DNA from: Haliotis rufescens
Lineage: Eukaryota
Assembly: GCF_023055435.1 (NCBI RefSeq)
Contig: NW_025963891.1
Location: forward strand, 15,934,001-15,998,000
DNA: 64,000 nucleotides
Direction: 5' to 3'
Shown here: in pieces, positions 51,850-64,000 of the stretch
How the letters are laid out: every line of letters begins with the position of its first letter
Numbering within the stretch: the stretch's first letter is position 1
Program-made: the position numbers and the translations under genes
The notes under the pieces: model-generated
The model's input: only the letters and a program-made list of their open reading frames with translations
Database searches by the model: none
Told to the model about the DNA's origin: nothing

Positions 51850-53037
51850 TGGACAGCACTGCGAGGAAATAGGCTGGTTTGGGTACCACTGTTCATGTTA
51901 ACGGCATGCACTGCGAGGAAGTACCCTGGTTCGGGTGACACTATCAATGTTACCGGTACCCAGGTGCAGGTACCACTATTCATGTTACCGGCAAGCACTG
52001 CGAGGAGGTAGGCTCGTTCTGGTGACACTATCAATGTTACCGGTACCCTGGTTCGGCTGCCCCTGTTCAAGTTATCAGCATCCACTGCGAGGAAGTACCC
52101 TGGTTCTGGTGACATTATCCATGTTACCGGTACTCAGGTGCAGGTACCACAATTTATGTTACCGGCAAGCACTGCGAGGAGGTAGGCTCGTTCTGGTGAC
52201 ACTATCAATGTTACCGGTACCCTGGTTCGGCTGCCCCTGTTCAAGTTACCAGCATCCACTGCGAGGAAATACCCTGGTTCGGCTGCCCCTGTTCAAGTTA
52301 CCAGCATCCACTGCGAGGAAGTACCCTGGTTCGGGTGCCCCTGTTCAAGTTACCAGCATCCACTGCGAGGAACTAGGCTGGTTCGGGTGCCGCAATTCAT
52401 GTTACCGGCATGCACTGCGAGGAGGTAGGCTCGTTCTGGTGACACTATCAATGTTACCGGTACCCTGGTTCGGCTGCCCCTGTTCAAGTTACCAGCATCC
52501 ACTGCGAGGAAGTACCCTGGTTCTGGTGACATTATCCATGTTACCGGTACTCAGGTGCAGGTACCACAATTTATGTTACCGGCAAGCACTGTGAGGAGGT
52601 AGGCTCGTTCTGGTGACACTATCAATGTTACCGGTACCCTGGTTCGGCTGCCCCTGTTCAAGTTACCAGCATCCACTGCGAGGAAGTACCCTGGTTCGGG
52701 TGCCCCTGTTCAAGTTACCAGCATCCACTGCGAGGAAGTACCCTGGTTCGGTCGCCTCTGTTCAAGTTACCAGCATCCACTGCGAGGAAGTACCCTGGTT
52801 CGGGTGCCCCTGTTCAAGTTACCAGCATCCACTGTGAGGAAGTACCCTGGTTCGGGTGCCCCTGTTCAAGTTACCAGTATCCACTGTGAGGAAGTACCCT
52901 GGTTCGGGTGCCCCTGTTCAAGTAACCAGCATCCACTGCGAGGAACTAGGCTGGTTCGGGTGCCGCAATTCATGTTACCGGCATGCACTGCGAGGAAGTA
53001 GGCTGGCTCGGGTGCCACTGTTCATGTAACCGGTACC
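51850..53037. repeat. Complex 52-bp minisatellite with 174-bp higher-order units
   Basis: Unit cactgcgaggaagtaccctggttcgggtgcccctgttcaagttaccagcatc (52257, 52309, 52361); HOR at 51996/52170 and 52414/52588. Confidence 0.95.
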
Positions 53038-53039
53038 CT

Positions 53040-53372
53040 ACCGTACAAAATCCCAAACTATAAATAGGCATCAATTTACCACTAGACCTATTTATGTGCG
53101 AGTGAGAAATTTAAGTTTGGTGAGAAATATTCTACGGTTCTCAAGATCTGCTCCGGAAACGAGGACCACCGCCATTTTCAGTCTAAGTCAAAGTCGTTGC
53201 CAGGTAATTTTCAAAAATCCCAAACTATCAAAAGGCACCTGTTCTGCCAGGTTTGGTTATGATATCTCTCATCGTTTTTTAGTTCTGCTCCGGAAACAAA
53301 CGTGTAGGACGGACGGAAAGACGGCACCCATTCCTATATGCCCATTCCACTTCGTGGCGGGGGATAAAAACA
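53040..53372 (+). mobile_element. HINE/DINE-1-like non-autonomous Helentron 3' part
   Basis: Two ~167-bp internal repeats (aaaatcccaaactat, ctgctccggaaac), ggacggacgga microsatellite, terminal hairpin ccacttcgtgg followed by gggataaaaa. Confidence 0.7.
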
Positions 53373-53879
53373 TACTCGTATCGTATGGTTGTTCAGGTCA
53401 ACAGGGCATTTGCCTGCTTATGATATCGTTTGACTCTAATGTGGACTCTTATGATGGAGATTTCTTTTGATTATAGAAATGTTTGCTTTTCGTTTTTATT
53501 TGGTTCTTCGGACTCGCTAAGCAATTATTACCCAAGTGCCTCATGAAATTCAGTAGTCTGATACAAAAATGGCCTATGATTGAATAACGCTGTTGAGTGC
53601 TCTTCAGGCACATGAATGATGGTATTGCTTCTTCCAATGCAAATGCCATTAAGGCGATCACCCACCACTTAAAATTAATAATATGGATAATGAATTAGTC
53701 ATGGCTTAAACAATACTTGATTCAAATAAGTGTTTTCTGTTGGTAGTCGAGGAAACAAAGTCAATAAATGCGATGGAATGACAATTAATCACAACGTAAC
53801 GAAATGGGTTTTCTTTCTGCAATGTGTTATCGTTGATTAAAAAACATGTAAAATTACGTTTCTGTAAACGCCATGTTGC

Positions 53880-54700
53880 ATACATAGCTTTGTTATCCAG
53901 CACCATCAGAAGTTCTGTGTGAGGCAAAGGACCAAACTTTCACCCTTTATGATAAACGAGAGAGATATGTAATTTTCCAAAAGACAATTTTACATATCTT
54001 AGCGCGACTTCATAGTGACGGTGTATAAAAGAGGGCAGCTATTTCAGACAATCGCCTTGTTATTTAAGTTATTCACCTATCCGAATACCACAGCCGCCAG
54101 CGCGGAAGATTAGAGGAGACAAGTGTGCAGGATGTAGTAGAAAATGTCGATTTTTTGCTTCGCGTGCAAAAATAGTAATTGAATAAAAGCGAATTTTGTG
54201 GTTGTACAGATTGATCAATATGCTACAATGGAGCATAACTTTGATTTTTTGTGGGTTGAGGATTGAACTTCGGGATAATGTTAGAACTGGTTGTAGACTA
54301 ATTAATTCAGCTTTCATGACAAAACTACGTTATTTCACTGACTGTCACAACTGGGCACAAAGACTGCGAGATGATGTGTAGAGGCGACAAGAGCAGTACG
54401 ATAAGGGGGGTTTATAATCTCACATTTTTCAAAGGGAGAAAACAGTTGAATCTGTATGTGGAACATGATGTATCAATTTCATTGTCTCACAAAGATAAAT
54501 ACATAATGTTTTCTCTAGAACAGTTGATCAAATATAAAAGTTGGAAACATTTGTAGCATCAACGAGTTCATTTCATGCCTATGTATCAGTGTGTGATGAG
54601 TGGAAATGCTATGTTCTGTATGTCTCCAGGGGACGGCACTAAAGCATCCTGTACGCTTGAAGTAATATTTCTCTTTGTTTCGCATCTGTGATCATACGAT
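53880..54700 (+). repeat. Segmental-duplication block C-B, copy 4
   Basis: Similar to 38700-39260 and 32620-32970. Confidence 0.8.
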
Positions 54701-54989
54701 TTAACAAACCAGGCAGGAGTACTGATGTACGGTGTCAGGTAACAAAGACATGCTTTCTTATGCAAATTGTGTCGGGGGCGTGTGCTACTGTTAGGACATG
54801 CTTACACTTAACGTGCACGCCGTGTGTCATTACTGATTTTCGGTCACCCACTCATATAATTTTCGCCGTTATTTTGGCTTTTACACCCAATGGAATGTCC
54901 TACGGATAATAGAGACTGGTGTTTACGTTTAATGCTTTTGGGATAACTCTCATATGCAAAGGATTATTATCATACAGTAATATAAATAC

Positions 54990-55683
54990 ATAAATGCAGC
55001 AAAAAGTGTTTGGGTGATCCTGGCTCAGTCAGGCTGGTTAGGCTCATCATCAGCTCAAGGCCCTTGCTCTCTCTACACGCAGCTCAGACAGCGAACAGCT
55101 AGAAGACACTGCGAACTTTTCGGAGAATGTGAAGACTACTCAACTCCTGCCTTCTGCATTACCCAGATTGTTAGAAGGGCTGTATTCCTGGTAGCAAACC
55201 CGGGTACTCTCCCAATGCCAATCAACAGCTTGGGAGGTACCAAACCTAAGCCATCGAGAACAATGGGGAGTCGGACAACTTGGTACTTGGGATGCAAGCG
55301 AGGCCCGCATATGTGCCATGTTTTCATGAATATTGTCAATCACATAAGTGTTAAGAGGGACAGAGAATACAATGTCATCAGTAATTTCATTGGATCCATC
55401 GAAAAAGGCAAGACCAGGCTTGTTGGCCTGGATAGGTCTGAGGCTGTATGCGGACCGATTCCAAGGGTGTATGTATTTACCCTTTCCCATGACGCCCTAA
55501 ACATATTCTGGTTAATGCCATGGATGGACCTCTGTGTCAAAACCACAAGCATGGCGAAGACGGTAATAAAAGGATCGAACCATTCCATCATGTCGCTCAA
55601 GATACCGTGTTTGTGCCAAAGCTGGGCATCCCCTGACAATGTGTTGGACAGTCTCATTAAATTCATTGCATATTCTACATTTC
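54990..55683 (-). mobile_element. 3' relic of an RLE-type (R4/Dong-like) non-LTR retrotransposon
   Basis: CCHC knuckle CRICNEFNETVQHIVRGC, then YLERHD, ANKP(G), FSVP, LPIVLDGLG and MQKA..SSLHILRKV (frameshifted); in-frame stops. Confidence 0.85.
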
Positions 55684-56340
55684 TTCTTCTTCTTCTTCTT
55701 CCTCCGTTTTGGGTAAGAACTAAAACTGAAGAACCAGTCGACCGATTCTGTCCAAAAAGTTCACCAGCAGTAGACGCACTAAGGGACTAAGGGCAAGATA
55801 ATTAAAAAGTAATTCATTTAGAATGACCCCCAATTTACCTTATTGTGCCCCAGGAGCTCATCCGATAACTTTCAAACTTGCCAAACGTTTTAATTGCTGG
55901 TCAATTTATTTATTTGCCATAGGTCATGCACTATGGTAACAATATTGGATTTAAGGCGTTCAACGTTTATTGTGAGCTATTTTATGGTACATGTCTTCCA
56001 AATTCTCCTCCTGTAAAAATCCAAGTAAAAATACTTCCTATTTCTTTGTAAAATCTACACCAAAGATATCGTTTAACATGTTTGAAAATATCTCTTTCAG
56101 TCAGCCTTACAGGATTCGACCTCTAATCTCTCTTTCTAAGATTTCCATCGTTCGCTTGTACACGGAACGGTTTAGGAGAAAATGACAAGTTTTAGTTGTA
56201 TAAATCCGTAGGGGGATTGACGGGTGGACATTTTGACCATTTTGACGTAAGTATCATTTAACCCTGACCCGGGCAATGCCAAAACAGAGGAACAAAGGAG
56301 CTAAATCCCGCCAAAAGAGAGGACTCTCTCTCTCACATGA
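55681..56340. repeat. Probable non-autonomous DNA element beginning with (TTC)n
   Basis: (TTC)n followed by gaccgattct and ttcaaacttg motifs typical of HINE-like repeats; ends not defined. Confidence 0.3.
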
Positions 56341-57329
56341 TGCACAACTTAAAAGACACTTGTACGTGACCCGAGGACACTTGTGACCTATAAACCTCGG
56401 AAGGATGTTGAGTTAATGCAACTGTTCAGAGCTTGAAACGGTTTCTTGGGCTCAAAACGGTCGAAGTGAGGTATTTGTTGTTTCCTCTGAAACTTCTTTT
56501 CTGAAATACTTCAAGATTCAAGACATACTGCAAAGATATTAGAAATGTTGCATGGAGCCTAGTATATTGCAACTTTTACAGTTGTATTTCAACTTATTAT
56601 AGTTAGGGTAGCGACATGCAGAGTACAAGCTGGAGGTTACGAAATGGCAAGGCCAGGGTACACAAATCTGTACAAAAAAAACCTTTGTCCACACGTGATT
56701 GATAAGGAAAAGTATACCTCAACAATAAACTAGTAGGGTATCTGACATTAGCAGGATATCTGTCTCAATAATTTAAATCTGGTACAAATTACTTAGTGTT
56801 AGAAATTTTATCTCCTCAAGTCACGATAAAGCAGGGAGGCAGACTAATCACGTAATAAAAAGCACGCCTCCCGACATATTCTGAAGCCCAGACGAAATCA
56901 TTTGGCAGCATCTTCAGAATAAGCTCATCAATATATTTGTAAACATGGGACGATAAGTTATTTTAAGATATAATACAACCATCATACCATTAAGTTGGAA
57001 AACCAACCCAATTAATGATTATCCACTGGCAACAACTGCAGCTATAGTTAGAGAAACAAAGCCATACATTTCTCTTACTTCAGGCCGACAGCCATCCCTA
57101 GATGACTATTTGAGAAACCAAGGTTACCATTAAACAAGAACAGCAGTACCGATTGCTTCAGTCTTGTGTTAAAAATATGAGTTAATGCTTTGGGGCTCAG
57201 TAAGCTGGAACTGTTTTGCAAAATTTGTGTCTAACAATAAAAGGTTCAGAGGGAAAGGTATACATACATTTGTGTAATGTTCTGAACGAAAAAAAAAACC
57301 TTTCTAATAACAATGGCAATACTAGTGGG

Positions 57330-57491
57330 GTGAGTGAGTATGGTTTTACGCCGCTTTTAGCAATATCCCAGCAATATCAGGGCGGGGGACACTAGAAATG
57401 GGCTTCACACAATGTACCCATGTCAGGAATCGAACCCAGGTCTTCGGCGTGACAAGCGAACGCTTCAACTACTAGGCTACCCGACCGCCCC
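57330..57491 (-). mobile_element. Family A SINE
   Basis: TSD aatggcaatac. Confidence 0.92.
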
Positions 57492-57632
57492 AATGGCAAT
57501 ACGAATGATTCGTGGGTATAAATATACCGCTGATAACGTGGAAGCGTTAGAGAACATTTTGTGTGTATGTAATATTAGTTGTGAAGTTGAGTGTGTATAC
57601 TTAATACATTCTATATGAACACTTAGCTTATC

Positions 57633-57983
57633 GACCGCCTCTGTGGTCTACTGGTAGAGCGTCCGCCCGGAGAGCGGAAGGTCCGGGGTTCGGTCCCCGA
57701 CCGCGTCATACCAAAAGACGTTAAAAGATGGTACTTGTTGTTACCCTGTCAGGCGCTCGGCATTAAGGGGCTAAAACAAGGACTGGTCGGCTCGGAGTCA
57801 GTATACTGTGTCTGAGTGGGATATTCATGTAAAACTGCGGCATGGTATCTGAGTGTGCTAGCACTATAAATAGGCATCAGTCCGGACTAGTACAAGCAGC
57901 CACACACACATACGCGTGCATGCACGTCGCTATATAAGTGCAATAATCGTGGACGCGACGTTTCACCTCACCTCACCTCACCT
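57633..57983 (+). mobile_element. Family B SINE, full length
   Basis: 13-bp TSD cacttagcttatc; (CACCT)n tail. Confidence 0.95.
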
Positions 57984-58005
57984 CACTTAGCTTATCATGG
58001 TCATG

Positions 58006-58268
58006 GACCCGCGAAGATCTGGGTTAGAATAGATCTTCAGCAACCCATGCTTGCCGTAAAATGCGACTATGCTTGTCGTAAGAGGCGACTAACTGGATCG
58101 GATGTACAGACTTGCTAACTTGGTTGATGCATGTCATCGTATCCCAACTGCGTTGATGGATGCTCATAATGTCAATCACTGGGTTGTCCTGTCCAGACGC
58201 GATTATTTACAGACCGCCGTCATATAGCTGGAATATTGCTGAGTACGGCGTTAAACAACAAACAAACA
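58006..58268 (+). mobile_element. Family D SINE-like element
   Basis: gacccgcgaagatct 5' end; (AAAC)n tail. Confidence 0.88.
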
Positions 58269-58454
58269 ATATAATAGTCTTGACAGTAACAATTTAACGT
58301 TTGATCGCTACATGTATCCACATATAGTCCAGTGCCCGCACCCTTTGATGGATCTATACATTTGCTCTCTGTAAACCTTGTGGCTTGCATGACACCAAGT
58401 TTGCTACACAATACCAGCCTACCGAAGCCGAACGAGGGTTTTACACTCTGGACA

Positions 58455-58800
58455 GAAGTCATCGGAACAGCTCTCCTGGTTTGGTATTGACCGTTGTTTC
58501 TCAAATAGTCATCCTGGGGTGGCAGTCGAAGAAAATGTACAAACACAAAGGGCAATAATTGATTTACTATGAAATATCAATAAGTATCAGGGCAATAATA
58601 ATGTAAGGATTACATACCAGAGACTTCTTGCACTCTATAGATACTCTAAATCGCACAGTGGAAGTGTGAAATTGTCTTGTATTGTTTGGACTTGAGGCTA
58701 CTTAACCTGGTTAAGAAGGGTGTTATTGAGCGGAATATCATTTGAAATAAACACTGTATAGCTTCGAACGCAGGCCATTCAGACATTGAACTTCCATTTG
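58455..58800 (+). repeat. Segmental-duplication block E, copy 2
   Basis: Similar to 40990-41330. Confidence 0.85.
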
Positions 58801-59780
58801 TCCATGGCGAGTAATACAATTGGTAAAGGATTGCACAAAGATCATATAGATCCAGAATCGCTTTCATATTCCTAATATTTCCGATTTCTCTCTTTCGTGA
58901 AAAAAACACTCGCATATAATACTCTCTTTATGTATAAAACCGACCCTGCATGAGGGACCGGATGAACATTGCTAACTTAAGACTAAAATAGCAACAAAAC
59001 TGCACCAGAACCTCAAGCTGTTTCAATATTCTCCAGGGCATATTCAGCTGAGAACACAATGCTAACGTGTATCAGTCAAACAATCGCGAACATTTTATAC
59101 CTCAGGATAATTTCATTCAAAGATACACAATTTCAGGGAACGTGCAAATACACTCGACAAAACCCTTCCCATAATAATAAGAATATCTTATTCCATTTTA
59201 CAATTCCGAATATATATGGAACATGTGTTATATCAAATAGCGATGATAGCAGTTGTTTGCGAAAAGGTGAGCGTATCCCGGCTCTCCGGTGGCAACCGTG
59301 ACAAACTCATGCAAAGAAAAGTCAACTTTCATCTGAAAAAGAACAACACGGGAACACATGATACACGTCAAAACAGGGAATTGCATCAGACATACATTTG
59401 GTCACTGATGCGTCAAATGTGGGAATGTCCTCCATGTGTCTACCATAAAACCTTTTGAAAGCTTTGTGGGGGCATTGACTGTTTTAACCTTGATTCCGTT
59501 TGAGCACGAGACGCACAAAGTTATTTGAAATATTAGAAGAAAAATGCTCTCTCGATTGTACCTCGATCGAAATGTAGATTATTGCTCTAAAACATTAGGT
59601 AATCGGAATTAGCATTCAAAGACAGCAAGCTCGTTTTATAATCCGATATCAATAAAAAAGAACAAGTTGACTTAATGTCATGTAGCAGTGCAACATGAAA
59701 GACTTTCCACCCACGGAATTTACTTTTTGAAAATATTGGTTCCACCTATGCGTTTCCTGTTTGGTCGGAAGTTGGGGGGA

Positions 59781-60916
59781 CGAAGTGTAACTGAAAAGTT
59801 ATGAGCCAAACACTGACGGATGTATAGCACACTCTTAACAGCTTGCATGTATTAAGTACAATACACATGACATGGACACAGTCTGCATTTAAACCAAATA
59901 CACACTCAGGCAACATATTGTTGATTAAATTGGACGCAATTGCTACCGTGCTGTCATCATGTAGCTCCAAAGCCACCCATGCGAACATGGTGTTAACTTT
60001 AGGTGATGGTTCAGTAGAGTTCAAGAGGGGAAGAGTGAGCCTCAAAGATGATTCAAAATCAACTGCTATCACTTAGGAAAAAGGTTGATATCATACTCGA
60101 TACATGTACAAATGATATGATTGTGGATGATCAACCACTCACCACACGCCACATATCTATTTAGTGGGCATCTCTCGAGGGAGAATTGACGACATTCCGA
60201 GGAATGAACTTGTTATGACAAAGGTTTCAGCACGTTGGGTTCCAGGGGTTCTGCCTCGCCAGGTTCATCATCTCTCGCGAAATATGTCGTTTTGAAGCTG
60301 ACCCAGCTGATGCTGATGAGCAATTTGCAGTCATGGATGAGCTTAGGCTCACCACCATCAGTTAGACACTAAACAACAGTCAACAGAAGACACATCTAAG
60401 ATCTCCTCCCCCAAAGAAGGCAATGTCTCTTCCAACAGCTGGAAAGGTGATGGCTTCGGTTTTCTGGAATTCAAAGGGAATCCGATTGGTGGACTACCTC
60501 TCGAAAGACAGACTATTAAGGGCCAATGTTATGCTGATCTGCAAAGGCTACTGCGTGAGAATATGAAGGCTAAACGTCGTGAAAAACTCGCTAAAGTTAT
60601 GTTATACCACCAGAACAATGCGCTTGTGAACAAGTCTGAAATCGCCATGGTTGCAATGCATGACTGTTGCTTCAATTTGGTACGGTCCATTTCCATCTCT
60701 TCTCAAACTTAAAATTGAATCGTCTGGGAAAGTATGTAACTATGCAATTGACGATGTTGTCAATTCTGTTGCAGAGGACTTTAAACACCACCAGGAGGAA
60801 GCCTTCTACTCCAGTGGGATGAAAGTGTGTGGACCTCGGTTGGGATTGTGAAAACATATTAGAAACTATCTCCATTAACACAGTTCATCCTAGATGAACT
60901 TTTCAGCCACCCCGCG
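59781..60916 (+). mobile_element. Decayed mariner transposon
   Basis: TIR remnants cgaagtgtaactgaaaagtt and aacttttcagccaccccgcg+TA; motifs EFKRGR.SLKDD, KVSARWVP, SPPPKKA, AGKVMASVFW, HQNNA. Confidence 0.88.
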
Positions 60917-60931
60917 TATATTTAACAACTG

Positions 60932-61216
60932 ACTGAGTGAGTGAGTTGGGTTTAACGCCGTTTTTAACAGTATTCCAGTTATATCACGGCGCGTCAGCTT
61001 AATGTGGGAGGAAAGCCCCAAGTGATGCAGGTCTCTGATGTTTACCACTTCGGTGAAACCCACGAGCACGGGTATGGTGCTGACAAACCAAGAAACATAA
61101 TCGGGTTGAACCGGGATTTGATGCCACAATCATAGGTTTCTGGCGTGCCCAAGGGACGCAACACTGCACAGCGAATCGCGGCACCGTAAACGACTAAGAC
61201 GGCCACCCGTGCCCCC
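60932..61216 (-). mobile_element. Family C SINE
   Basis: Full length; TSD about tta(a)caactga. Confidence 0.9.
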
Positions 61217-61514
61217 TTTACAACTGAGAATCGCAGTAAATGTTTTTAAGGCGACATATGTGTTAGAGTATAGTTGACATTGCTATATCACATAACGACA
61301 GTTTCTGGACAAGCAGTGACGTTTTTACGGTAACCTAAATCGCTCCTCTCTAAACACCTACCTCGACAGACAATAAAAAGCGCCCCTGGATGTAATTGTA
61401 AGAACGACAATACTCATTTCATATATACTGATATCGGTACATAATAATCCTTTGTCTATACAGTTTCAAAAAGCTATTTTCATTTTTTTTATGCAACGTA
61501 TCTGTCTAGTTAAT

Positions 61515-61640
61515 AGGGCTATAGGATGTTCTCATGGTTAAATCGTTCCCACGTCACGACGAGAGGAAATTTTTAGTGTCCCCGACGCATATTTCTGGAA
61601 ATATACTTAAAGCGGCAAAAACCTTTTTTCACTCACTCAT
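61515..61640 (+). mobile_element. Degenerate family A SINE
   Basis: tggttaaatcgttc..cgtcacg, gtgtcccc, aaagcggc..actcactc. Confidence 0.55.
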
Positions 61641-62399
61641 TCTGCCTATTTAGTAGCTAACATGATTCAACAGATTAAAATAATTTGCGTTTTATTTCTA
61701 TTTTTCTCATTTCTAATATTTTAGTTACATTTTAATTTCTCTTGAGAGTAGCTTGTGCAACGCAACGAAACAATTCTACTTAAAATAGTTCCCGTAATTA
61801 TCCTATGCTTATTCGTAGAGAAATAAAAATTAAACGGCATCACGTTGCGACTCATGTATTTAAAAGCTCATCAAAACTGTTTTAAAAACACATTAGATTT
61901 ACATGATGTCCATATAATGACATACCAAGAGACTTGAACCTCATTTGGACATTTGAATTTCTTCTGTATATTAAGTCGGAACTAGCCGAACGGTGACCAG
62001 GCTTTATCTTCGGCATTGACTCTCATTTATATTTATAACACGGATATACATCCAACCATGCATTAGGGCAATACAACACAACCCGTTTCTCTGTGTTGGT
62101 GTTTTGTGAGAAAATAGAAAACCTCCCCTGAAATGTGTTTCTTTTGGAAACGATTGAACACTGAAGCTGTTGAAACAAAGATGTAGCCATGTTGCTTGCT
62201 TTGAAACATAGCACGGGCCGATGCATTTAATGTGTTTTAATGTGCTATGCGGTACATCTGTACACTTCGAGGTGAGTTCCTATCACATATTTGCCCTAAG
62301 TATGATCTTTGGCCTGCAAGTGCGCTGGCGTACTCGTGAAATAGGTTCTGAACATCCACGATCTACATCACGGAAGACTCCATGTCACATGTGGCCATA

Positions 62400-63200
62400 A
62401 AATGATGTTAAACCTAATTTTCTCAGCCACCTCTCCTTTAACAACGTTATTGATTATTTTGACAATAGCAGTGGTACACATGCACATATCAATATTTGAT
62501 GTCAGTCTTTCCACTGGTCCTTCCATCCGACCTTTCATCAATTCATCGACATCTCAATAACTAGTGATATCCTCGTCACGCGATCCTTCATATGATCATA
62601 CTTTGTGTAGGAGTGCAAAGTATGATGTGTAAACGTCCTCTAGTTTATGGTTTCATAATGAAATTTGGATATTCTAAGCTGTTTTTTCTTGCCTATATCG
62701 ACTTCATCATAATCATTTATTACATCCTTACGAATACAAACTTGGATGTTAAAGAAATATTTCAATAAAAATGATCCGTCCACGCTTTCAGAAAATGAAC
62801 AAGAATATTGGACTAAAACCCTCTGTGTAAATAACATCGACCTATGGAAAACTCAAACAGCTGGACTATAAGTGACTCATACTTCATATGTAAAGGATGC
62901 TGTCACTTTTGCACAGACTAAACCAAATTACGTTCCGAAAATATCACCAGATATTTAATTTTCGATTCATATTTCTTTTCCTAAGATCACATGTTCTTCC
63001 CTTAACTATGACCAGGCGTTTGTAAAGTTCTTAATCTATTGTATCCCGGGTGAAGGCCATGCCAGTCGTCCTCTTGAAGCCTCCGATGACAACTTCAATC
63101 ACCAATTACACAGCTGTATAAGGTAACCTCTATATATCAATCTCACTACGCAGTCCACTGTTGAATAGTTCAATGTATTGGCGAATACGTCGATAATTTC
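62400..63200 (-). mobile_element. Possible CR1-like LINE relic
   Basis: Weak minus-strand motifs ERWLRKLGLTS and IYR...VVIGGF; highly fragmented. Confidence 0.25.
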
Positions 63201-63642
63201 TGTTGTAAGTATGTGTGCCTTTTGACGTCTAACTGAGAAGCAGGGACCTTTTCTGGCCTTTTTGGAACTTTCTGACAGTTAGTGTCACCTTTGATCGACT
63301 CACGAAAACATTGAGAACTATGGGATGATTTGTTCCTCTGCAGTCTAACCCTACTATCAATATGTTATACGATGCCTGGCAGGAGAGCCATCAAACGTTT
63401 TTCACAGAGCCACAAGTATTGGCATTTGTACAGAGAAACCTTATTTGATTTATACGACGCTATAGCAGATAGGATTCCTTCCTCTTTTCTTACCGATATG
63501 ACAATCAAACCTTCAATAAAGCGAGTCTTTAGGAAGTTATCTCTAGATCGTTGATAGTAACGGTATTTACTGACTTTTCAATCATACTCCGAGTGCGGAT
63601 GCCAGTGTTCAAACATGTGAACTGTCCCAACATGCCGCAGCG

Positions 63643-63698
63643 CTACTACTACTACTTCTACTACTACTACTACCACCACCGCCGCCACCACCACCACC

Positions 63699-63739
<41 letters not shown>

Positions 63740-63790
63740 TACTGTTACTACAACTACTGCTTCTACGACTAATACAACAACTGCTATTAT
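63643..63790. repeat. Compound (CTA)n/(CCA)n microsatellite
   Basis: Direct observation. Confidence 0.97.
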
Positions 63791-64000
63791 TTTAAATAAG
63801 ACTACCAGCACTACTAATTCGACCGATACTTATACCACTACGCATACAAACGATAAGACCACTAGCTGATATAGAGATTAATACACGAGTTGTCTGTCAG
63901 ATAACATTAATATTACGAGTTGTAAGATAAATGGTTTCTGACAGGCACGAGTGCAGTAATCTGTTTCTTACACACCCTAAAATCTCACCTTTTTAGCATC

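Noticed and set aside
51831-53001. 219-aa repetitive ORF and neighbours
   Set aside because: Translation of the 52/174-bp minisatellite; no start or splice context
55014-55790. 258-aa + strand ORF
   Set aside because: Antisense to the RLE retrotransposon relic; recognisable motifs are on the minus strand
63551-63811. Poly-Tyr/His and poly-Val ORFs
   Set aside because: Trinucleotide microsatellite

Overview
AT-rich, repeat-dense animal genomic DNA with two N-gaps. The repeat set (Meta-domain and V-domain SINEs, HINE, Naiad/Chlamys-type Penelope) points to a mollusc and is abalone-like; this is an inference. No complete protein-coding gene is supportable, and only a few low-confidence candidate exons were found. 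The window holds four SINE-like families (about 30 copies, many with TSDs), three of them sharing a LINE-type 3' tail. It also holds two decayed Tc1 and two decayed mariner transposons, MITEs, a Penelope-like RT relic, an RLE (R4-like) retrotransposon 3' relic, four minisatellite arrays and an old roughly 4-copy tandem segmental duplication across about 28.6-59 kb. The most notable signal is a roughly 270-297 bp repeat at 28.15-28.54 kb and 41.84-42.38 kb. It combines a tRNA-like Pol III head with an antisense type-I hammerhead-like fold carrying a variant CUGACAA core and a branched stem II, arranged in partial-tandem plus inverted form like a Penelope-mobilised retrozyme/SINE hybrid. A second notable signal is a tRNA-less SINE-like family whose uniform 5' end can fold into a pseudoknot. 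All alignments were done by eye and coordinates of degenerate copies are approximate.
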